Below, in pieces: positions 52,026 through 58,023 of a stretch of DNA of 58,023 nucleotides. This stretch comes from Beijerinckiaceae bacterium. GTDB lineage: Bacteria; Pseudomonadota; Alphaproteobacteria; Rhizobiales; Beijerinckiaceae. Both the position numbers and the translations under genes were made by a program. The notes under the pieces were generated by a model that did no database searches, was not told the origin of the DNA, and saw nothing but the letters and a program-made list of their open reading frames with translations. How positions within the stretch are numbered: the first letter of the stretch is position 1; the number at the start of each line of letters is the position of its first letter. The stretch covers positions 1 to 58,023 of the forward strand of contig DAOMXG010000001.1 of the NCBI GenBank assembly GCA_035436995.1, given 5' to 3'.

Positions 52026-52997
52026 TCACAGTTTGCGCAGCGCGACTTCCTCGATCCGGTGATCGGCGCCCTTGCGCATGATCAGCGAGGCGCGCGGCCG
52101 GGTCGGCACGATGTTTTCGCGCAGATTGACCAGATTGATGCGCTCCCACAATCCGTTTGCCGTCCTGAACGCCTCGTCCTCGGACAATTCCGCATAACGG
52201 CGAAAGAACGACTTCGGATCGCGGAACGCGGTTTCGCGCAGCTTCATGAAGCGCTGCACGTACCAGCGGTGCAGGTCACTCTCGTCGGCATCGATATAGA
52301 CGGTGAAATCGAAAAAGTCCGAGATGAACGGAATAGGCTTGCCGTCCTTCACCTTCCGCGGCCCCTGCAGCACATTGATGCCTTCGAAGATGAGGATATC
52401 GGGACGATCGATCACCGCCACCTCATCGGGAAGCACGTCGTAGACAAGGTGTGAATAGACCGGCGCCTCGACGTTGCGCTCGCCGGCCTTGACCCTGGCC
52501 AGGAATTTCAGGATCGCCCCGGCGTCGTAGCTTTCGGGAAAGCCCTTGCGTTCCATCAGGCCGAGGCGTTGCAGCTCGGCATTGGGCAGAAGAAAGCCAT
52601 CGGTGGTGATCAATTCCACCTTGGGCGTGTTCGCCCAGCGTGACAACAGCGCCTTGAGCAACCGGGCAGTCGTCGATTTGCCCGCCGAAACGGAACCTGC
52701 AACAGCAATGATATAGGGCACCTTGCCGCCTTCCTCGGCCATCAGGAAGCGCTGGGTAGCCTTGTAGAGCCCCTGCGTTGCCGCAACATAGAGCGACAGA
52801 AGGCGCGACAGCGGCAGATAGATCTCGATCACATCGTCGAGCGAGACCGGATCATTGAGCGACTGCAACTTCTTCAGATCACTGCTGGTCAGCGTCAGCG
52901 GCGTATCAGCACGCAGATTGGCCCAGACCTCGCGGTTGAACACGCGATATGGGGAAAGATCGACCGCAGAACCGAGCGGCGAGACCCTTGCGTCCAT
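52026..52997 (-). CDS. coaA: Type I pantothenate kinase
   Basis: P-loop [12 protein letters not shown]; 323 aa. Confidence 0.92.
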   Translation of the reverse strand: MDARVSPLGSAVDLSPYRVFNREVWANLRADTPLTLTSSDLKKLQSLNDPVSLDDVIEIYLPLSRLLSLYVAATQGLYKATQRFLMAEEGGKVPYIIAVAGSVSAGKSTTARLLKALLSRWANTPKVELITTDGFLLPNAELQRLGLMERKGFPESYDAGAILKFLARVKAGERNVEAPVYSHLVYDVLPDEVAVIDRPDILIFEGINVLQGPRKVKDGKPIPFISDFFDFTVYIDADESDLHRWYVQRFMKLRETAFRDPKSFFRRYAELSEDEAFRTANGLWERINLVNLRENIVPTRPRASLIMRKGADHRIEEVALRKL

Positions 52998-53020
52998 CGG
53001 CAGTCCCCTCGGATTAGGAC

Positions 53021-53338
53021 TCAGCGCGACCGGCCAGCCTTTTCAGCCAGCCCCGACTGCGCCGTCCGCCGTTCCAGTTCCTCGAGCACATCCTTAGCAG
53101 AAATACCGCGGCTGTGCAGCAGGACCATCAGGTGATACAGCACATCGGCGCTTTCGCTGATCAATGCGCCGCGATCCCCCTGAGCGCCGGCAATCACCGC
53201 CTCGATGGCTTCCTCGCCGAACTTCTTGGCAATGCGGGCAGGGCCGGCCGCGTTCAGCCGTGCCGTCCAGCTTTCCTCCGGCGAGGCGGAAGCCCGTCGC
53301 GCAATGATGGTCTCAAGGTCGGACAGCGTGAACGGCAT
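53021..53338 (-). CDS. hisE: Phosphoribosyl-ATP pyrophosphatase
   Basis: 105 aa with [12 protein letters not shown]...[13 protein letters not shown]. Confidence 0.92.
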   Translation of the reverse strand: MPFTLSDLETIIARRASASPEESWTARLNAAGPARIAKKFGEEAIEAVIAGAQGDRGALISESADVLYHLMVLLHSRGISAKDVLEELERRTAQSGLAEKAGRSR

Positions 53339-53371
53339 CGGCTAGTCTCCTGGGTTGCGGCGAAGGCAGGC

Positions 53372-54148
53372 TCAATCCATCCGCATCGGCAGGCCGGCGG
53401 CGGCCATGTGGCTCTTGGCCTGACGGATGGTGAAGGTGCCGTAGTGGAAGATGGAGGCGGCGAGAACAGCGCTGGCGCCTCCCTGCCGCACGCCATCGAC
53501 CAGATGATCAAGCGTGCCCACGCCGCCCGAGGCAATGACCGGAATGGTGACAGCATCGGCAATGGTGCGCGTCAGTACGGTATCAAAGCCGTTCTTGGTG
53601 CCGTCGCGGTCCATCGATGTCAGCAGGATTTCCCCTGCTCCGTAGCCGGCAACCAATGTCGCGAAGGCGACCGCGTCAATCCCTGTGGGGGTGCGACCGC
53701 CATGGGTAAAGATTTCCCAGCGCGGCGTCTCTCCGGGGCCCGAGACCTGTTTGGCATCGATGGCGACCACGATCGCCTGGGCACCGAACCGTTCGGACGC
53801 CCGGGCAACGATGGTAGGGTCGCGCACAGCAGCGGTATTGATCGACACCTTGTCGGCTCCCGCCAGCATCAGCGCGCGCACATCCTCGGCCGTCCTTACA
53901 CCTCCGCCGACCGTCAGCGGCATGAAGCAGTTTTCCGCCGTCCTCTGCACGATATCAAGCAAGGTGCCGCGTCGCTCGTGACTGGCGGTGATGTCGAGAA
54001 AGCACAATTCGTCTGCGCCGGCAGCGTCATAGGCGCGCGCGGCTTCGACCGGATCGCCGACATCGGCAAGATCGACGAAATTGACGCCCTTGACCACACG
54101 GCCGTCGCGCACATCGAGACAGGGGATTACCCGAACCTTGAGCGTCAT
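53372..54148 (-). CDS. hisF: Imidazole glycerol phosphate synthase cyclase subunit
   Basis: [16 protein letters not shown]...[12 protein letters not shown]. Confidence 0.95.
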   Translation of the reverse strand: MTLKVRVIPCLDVRDGRVVKGVNFVDLADVGDPVEAARAYDAAGADELCFLDITASHERRGTLLDIVQRTAENCFMPLTVGGGVRTAEDVRALMLAGADKVSINTAAVRDPTIVARASERFGAQAIVVAIDAKQVSGPGETPRWEIFTHGGRTPTGIDAVAFATLVAGYGAGEILLTSMDRDGTKNGFDTVLTRTIADAVTIPVIASGGVGTLDHLVDGVRQGGASAVLAASIFHYGTFTIRQAKSHMAAAGLPMRMD

Positions 54149-54891
54149 GCCGCCCTCGCCGCCTTGACCAGCCGCAAGGCCTCGGTCGGATCGAGTCGCC
54201 CATCGTAGAGCGCGCGACCGGTAATCGCACCGGCAAGCTGCGCACTTTCCGGCGCGACCAGCCGCCGGATGTCATCCATCGAGGCGAGCCCGCCCGAGGC
54301 GATCACCGGGATCGCCACCGCTTCAGCCAGTGCGATGGTTGCCTCCCAGTTGACGCCGGAGAGCATGCCGTCCCGCGCAATATCGGTATAGATGATTGCA
54401 GCCACGCCAGCATCTTCGAAGCGCCGGCCGAGATCGACAGCCGACAGGGACGAGGTTTCTGCCCAACCCTCGACCGCAACAAAACCATCGCGCGCGTCGA
54501 TTCCGACCGCAATCTGCCCCGGAAACGCCACCGCCGCCGCCCTGACAAAACCAGGGTCGCGAACCGCCGCCGTTCCGATGATGACGCGCGCCACGCCCTT
54601 GTCGAGCCAGGCGGCGACCGTTTTGAGATCGCGGATACCGCCGCCGAGCTGCACCGGCATGCGGATTGCAGCAAGCACCGCATCCACCGCCGCCGCATTC
54701 ATCGGCCGGCCGGCAAAGGCGCCGTCGAGATCGACGATATGGAGCGCCTCAAACCCCTGGGCCTCGAAATTGCGTGCCTGTGCTCCAGGATCGTCATTGA
54801 AGACGGTCGCCAGATCCATGTCGCCCTGCCGCAGGCGCACGCACTGGCCGTTCTTGAGGTCGATGGCGGGATAGAGGATCACGGCGCCCAC
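54145..54891 (-). CDS. hisA: ProFAR isomerase (1-(5-phosphoribosyl)-5-[(5-phosphoribosylamino)methylideneamino]imidazole-4-carboxamide isomerase)
   Basis: [16 protein letters not shown]...; overlaps the hisF start. Confidence 0.94.
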   Translation of the reverse strand: MGAVILYPAIDLKNGQCVRLRQGDMDLATVFNDDPGAQARNFEAQGFEALHIVDLDGAFAGRPMNAAAVDAVLAAIRMPVQLGGGIRDLKTVAAWLDKGVARVIIGTAAVRDPGFVRAAAVAFPGQIAVGIDARDGFVAVEGWAETSSLSAVDLGRRFEDAGVAAIIYTDIARDGMLSGVNWEATIALAEAVAIPVIASGGLASMDDIRRLVAPESAQLAGAITGRALYDGRLDPTEALRLVKAARAA

Positions 54892-55529
54892 ATCAGGAAA
54901 TTGGCGAAAATGGCCCGGCCGAGCGTCTGGCTCTTCTCGGGATGAAACTGGCTGCCGGCGATCGGCCCTCGCGCCACCATCGCGGTGACCTGCCCGCCAT
55001 AATCGGCGACGGCAAGCATATCGCTGCTGTCGGCGGCAACCAGATGGTAGGTATGGAGGAAATAGGCATGCAATCCGTCGGGCCCCAACCGGACCCCGTC
55101 GATCAGCGGATGTTTGCGCAGCGGACGCAGCGTGTTCCAGCCCATATGCGGCACCTTGAAGCCCGCGCCGTCAGGCTCCAGATGTTTGACATGGCCGCCA
55201 AGCCAGCCGAGCCCGGCTGTCTCGCCATGCTCCTCGCCGATATCGGCAAGCAGCTGCATGCCGACGCAGATGCCGAAAAACGGTCGGCCCTTGCCACGGA
55301 CCGCATGGTCGAGTGCCTGGTCCAGCCCGGAAACTGCAGCGAGCTGACCCCGGCAGTCGCGGAATGCCCCATCGCCCGGAAGGACGATGCGGTCGGCGCT
55401 TGCCACCACATCCGGATCGGCCGTCACGATCACCTCGCCGGTCCGGCCAATGTCGGCCAGGGCCCGCTCCAGCCCGCGATGGGCGGAATGCAGGTTGCCC
55501 GCGCCGTAATCGATCAGTGCAACCTTCAC
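54879..55529 (-). CDS. hisH: Imidazole glycerol phosphate synthase glutamine amidotransferase subunit
   Basis: The GTG start gives [16 protein letters not shown], and the catalytic GICVGMQ is present. The GTGA overlaps the upstream DUF2628 stop. The 337-aa ORF-track version is an out-of-context extension. Confidence 0.92.
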   Translation of the reverse strand: MKVALIDYGAGNLHSAHRGLERALADIGRTGEVIVTADPDVVASADRIVLPGDGAFRDCRGQLAAVSGLDQALDHAVRGKGRPFFGICVGMQLLADIGEEHGETAGLGWLGGHVKHLEPDGAGFKVPHMGWNTLRPLRKHPLIDGVRLGPDGLHAYFLHTYHLVAADSSDMLAVADYGGQVTAMVARGPIAGSQFHPEKSQTLGRAIFANFLMWAP

Positions 55530-56005
55530 AGCCGGCCCCCGGGAGCTGGGAAGATACCAAGCACCGAGGAGCCGGCCGCCGGGTATGGCATCGTGGGACT
55601 TGGCATCGCGGCACTTGGCGCGGCTTGCATCGGCCGGTAGTTCGAGAAAAACCGCACTTCTGCTTCCTCGAGCGTTCGCGCCGCCACCACGGCCACGGTT
55701 GGTTTGCCATTGCGCTCGAGAGTCCAGCGGCGCAAGGCGCCCGCTTCGAGCCCGATCAGGGCATGAACCAGAAGGCTCATAGCCGATTGCACCGGTCCCG
55801 GCACGGAAAGCGCATGGCCGATCCCGGCCAGCAGCGCCAGCACGACGAGGACGCCCGCCAGCGCCAGCCACAACCGGTTGAATGCCAGCCAAAAGGCGCC
55901 AAAAACCAAGGCCGGCATTGAAAACCGCTCGCTGACGAACTCCGCGCCTTCAAGTGCGTTCTCGCTCGCCGCGGTGTCAGCCAGGTGAACCGTGAAGCTC
56001 TGCAT
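55526..56005 (-). CDS. DUF2628-like small membrane protein embedded in the his operon
   Basis: 159 aa with two TM helices (FGAFWLAFNRLWLALAGVLVVLALL), translationally coupled on both sides (ATGA with hisB, GTGA with hisH). Confidence 0.75.
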   Translation of the reverse strand: MQSFTVHLADTAASENALEGAEFVSERFSMPALVFGAFWLAFNRLWLALAGVLVVLALLAGIGHALSVPGPVQSAMSLLVHALIGLEAGALRRWTLERNGKPTVAVVAARTLEEAEVRFFSNYRPMQAAPSAAMPSPTMPYPAAGSSVLGIFPAPGGRL

Positions 56006-56598
56006 CAGACCGACAAAGTCCCCTTGGTCGAAGGCACGAGGTCGCGGGCGCGAGGATCAAGCTCGACCGCCGCGCGCAGTGCCCTGGCCAGGCCCTTGAA
56101 GCAGCTTTCCGCAATATGGTGGTTGTTGCTGCCATAAAGCGTCTCGACATGCAGGGTCACGCCGGCGTTGATGGCGAAGGCCTGGAACCATTCGCGGACC
56201 AATTCGCAATCAAAACTGCCGATCTTGGGCGCGTTGAACTCGGTGCGGAACACCAGGAACGGCCGCCCGGAAATGTCGAGCGCCACACGCGTCAGGGTCT
56301 CGTCCATCGGCATGTGCACATCGGCATAGCGGGTGATGCCCTTCTTGTCGCCAAGCGCCTGGGCGAAGGCCTTGCCGAGCGTGATGCCGATATCCTCCAC
56401 CGTATGGTGATCATCGATGTGGGTATCGCCCTGCGCCGAAACGGTCAGATCAAACAGGGCATGCCGGCCGAGCAATGTGAGCATATGATCGAGAAAGCCC
56501 ACGCCGGTGGTGATCTCGCTGCGGCCGGAGCCGTCGAGATTGATCGCAACATCGATATCGGTTTCGCCGGTCGTGCGGCGGAGGCTGGCCTTGCGCAT
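56005..56598 (-). CDS. hisB: Imidazoleglycerol-phosphate dehydratase
   Basis: RTTGETDI...GFLDHML...[11 protein letters not shown]...NNHHIAES motifs. Confidence 0.95.
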   Translation of the reverse strand: MRKASLRRTTGETDIDVAINLDGSGRSEITTGVGFLDHMLTLLGRHALFDLTVSAQGDTHIDDHHTVEDIGITLGKAFAQALGDKKGITRYADVHMPMDETLTRVALDISGRPFLVFRTEFNAPKIGSFDCELVREWFQAFAINAGVTLHVETLYGSNNHHIAESCFKGLARALRAAVELDPRARDLVPSTKGTLSV

Positions 56599-56629
56599 GG
56601 TTCGGTGCCTTCGAGCAGGAATGGACCAT

Positions 56630-56680
56630 GCGCTTTAGAACATGATGCGACAAAAGGGAATTCGGCTTTTTCCGCTTCCG
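56630..56680. repeat. Partial copy of the dispersed-repeat-like module seen upstream of ppa
   Basis: ATGCGACAAAAGGGAATTCGGCTTTTTC resembles ATGCGAAAAACAAAGAAATTGGGCACTTTC at 10023-10053 (hand alignment, roughly two-thirds identity). Confidence 0.35.
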
Positions 56681-56752
56681 GAGGAGGCCGTCTTCGGGCC
56701 GTCGGCCAGAGCCCGCAGGCTGTGGGGTTCAAAATGGTGCGTGCGAGGTCTC

Positions 56753-57018
56753 GAGCAGGTTGTCTTTAGACGGAACCATTCCGCGGTGAGAAATTTGGCC
56801 GAAGGGCCGGGAAAGACCCGAAGTGCATACATCGGTATGGTCGAGGGGGGGTCGGAAATTTCGGCCAGATTCCTCCCGCCCTTCGGGTTTCCGGGCGGTG
56901 GGCGCCCAATTTGGACGCCGGCTCGACCGTATCCAAAGATACGCTCTTCGCCAGCCTCCGCCTGGATCGCCGCACCGCCCGAGAAGCAGAATTGATTCCG
57001 TCTAAAGACAACCTGCTC
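56753..57018. repeat. 266-bp unit bounded by 29-bp inverted repeats (28/29), with nested helices: MITE-like element or structured RNA/DNA module
   Basis: GAGCAGGTTGTCTTTAGACGGAACCATTC (56753-56781) pairs with GAATTGATTCCGTCTAAAGACAACCTGCTC (56989/56990-57018). A second long-range helix pairs 56834-56845 with 56922-56933, and there are inner GC hairpins. Confidence 0.7.
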
Positions 57019-57047
57019 TATATGCAGGGGTAGGCGACGAGGGTTCG

Positions 57048-57599
57048 ATGCAGGCTCATGATCACGGCCAGCCCGGCTGGCACGCAACCACCATCCTGAT
57101 GGTGCGCAAGAACGGCGAAACCGTCATCGGCGGTGACGGGCAGGTGTCGCTTGGCGCCACCATCATCAAGGGCAATGCGCGAAAGGTGCGTCGACTTGGC
57201 AAGGGGCAGGTGATTGGCGGCTTTGCCGGAGCGACCGCCGATGCCTTCACCCTGTTCGAGCGGCTGGAGGCCAAACTCGAGCAATATCCGGGACAGCTCA
57301 CCCGCGCCTGCGTCGAATTGGCCAAGGACTGGCGGACGGACCGGTATCTGCGCCGTCTGGAGGCCATGATGCTGGTGGCTGATCGCGAGGCGGGCCTGGT
57401 GCTGTCGGGCACAGGCGACGTGCTTGAGCCGGAAGGCGGGGTGATGGGGATCGGATCAGGCGGCATGTATGCTCTGGCGGCTGCCCGTGCCTTGATGGCA
57501 ACCGATCACGATGCGGAGACGATCGTGCGCCGTGCCATGGCGATTGCTGCCGATATCTGCGTCTATACCAATCGCGAACTTGTCGTTGAAAAGCTCTGA
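57048..57599 (+). CDS. hslV: ATP-dependent protease subunit HslV
   Basis: ...[23 protein letters not shown], with the catalytic Thr after a short propeptide-like N-terminus. Confidence 0.93.
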   Translation: MQAHDHGQPGWHATTILMVRKNGETVIGGDGQVSLGATIIKGNARKVRRLGKGQVIGGFAGATADAFTLFERLEAKLEQYPGQLTRACVELAKDWRTDRYLRRLEAMMLVADREAGLVLSGTGDVLEPEGGVMGIGSGGMYALAAARALMATDHDAETIVRRAMAIAADICVYTNRELVVEKL

Positions 57600-57610
57600 G
57601 CCCCTGCCCG

Positions 57611-58023
57611 ATGACTGATTTTTCTCCCCGCGAGATCGTTTCCGAACTTGACCGTCACATCATCGGCCAGTCACCGGCCAAGCGGGCAGTGGCCATTGCC
57701 TTGCGCAATCGCTGGCGCCGCCAGCAATTGAGCGGTCCGATGCGCGAGGAGGTTCTGCCCAAGAATATCCTGATGATCGGGCCTACCGGCTGTGGCAAGA
57801 CGGAGATTGCCCGTCGCCTTGCCCGGCTGGCCGGCGCCCCGTTCCTGAAAGTCGAGGCAACCAAGTTCACCGAGGTTGGTTATGTCGGCCGCGACGTCGA
57901 GCAGATCATCCGGGATCTGGTCGAAGTGGCGATCTCGCTGGTGCGCGAGGCCAGGCGCAAGGATGTGCGGGCCAAGGCGGAACTGGCGGCCGAGGAACGT
58001 GTGATCGACGCTCTTGTGGGCGC
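57611..58023 (+). CDS. hslU: ATP-dependent protease ATPase subunit HslU (5' part; continues beyond the window)
   Basis: The ATG at 57611 gives [20 protein letters not shown]...[20 protein letters not shown]. The frame is open to the window end and is not in the ORF track because no stop is reached. Confidence 0.92.
   Translation, partial: MTDFSPREIVSELDRHIIGQSPAKRAVAIALRNRWRRQQLSGPMREEVLPKNILMIGPTGCGKTEIARRLARLAGAPFLKVEATKFTEVGYVGRDVEQIIRDLVEVAISLVREARRKDVRAKAELAAEERVIDALVG

Noticed and set aside
54879-55892. 337-aa version of hisH from the ORF track
   Set aside because: The N-terminal 120 residues overlap the DUF2628 gene in another frame and are Arg/Gly/Ala noise. The GTG at 55529 gives the canonical [12 protein letters not shown] start and is coupled to the upstream stop.
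56766-57011. 81-aa ORF filling the inverted-repeat unit
   Set aside because: Highly basic Arg/Pro/Ser-rich translation with no RBS, and it spans both arms of the inverted repeat. It is more plausibly non-coding.
56753-57018. Retron msr/msd or group II intron remnant as an explanation for the inverted-repeat unit
   Set aside because: There is no reverse-transcriptase ORF anywhere nearby and no intron domain V/VI-like sequence that I can recognise.
56991-57024. RpoH (sigma-32) promoter for hslVU
   Set aside because: A CTATAT-like -10 is present. However, the best CTTG-like word (ATTG at 56991) is about 22 nt upstream, outside the 17-18 nt spacing of the alphaproteobacterial RpoH consensus. 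I therefore do not call a sigma-32 promoter.

Overview
This window is a high-GC, gene-dense core chromosomal segment whose gene content and order match the origin-proximal region of alphaproteobacteria of the Rhizobiales/Hyphomicrobiales type. I call about 60 housekeeping CDSs:
- Left part: leuB, asd, ppa, tesB, two Amt/GlnK loci and ftsK.
- Middle: leuS-lptE-holA, parBA-rsmG-mnmG-mnmE, rho and hemJ-hemE.
- Right part: ppsR-like-maf-coaE-dnaQ, secB, mltA, coaA, the hisB-DUF2628-hisHAFE operon and hslVU.

Other features are one tRNA-Gly(GCC), several intrinsic terminators, two sigma-54 type promoters, two parS sites, and a candidate oriC between hemE and the ppsR-like gene.

I see no IS element, integrase, prophage, CRISPR array, toxin-antitoxin pair or defence-like gene cluster. 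I therefore cannot support a novel multi-gene system here. The features that remain unexplained are all non-coding:
1. A roughly 150-bp island of about 24 % G+C (hand count) lies between the convergent holA and parB genes and runs into the holA 3' end.
2. A 266-bp unit bounded by 29-bp inverted repeats with nested helices lies between hisB and hslV.
3. Short dispersed-repeat-like palindromic modules lie upstream of ppa and hisB.
4. CtrA-type boxes lie upstream of ftsK and of a lytic transglycosylase gene.

All functional calls rest on reading motifs in the translated ORFs and on known synteny. No database search was run.
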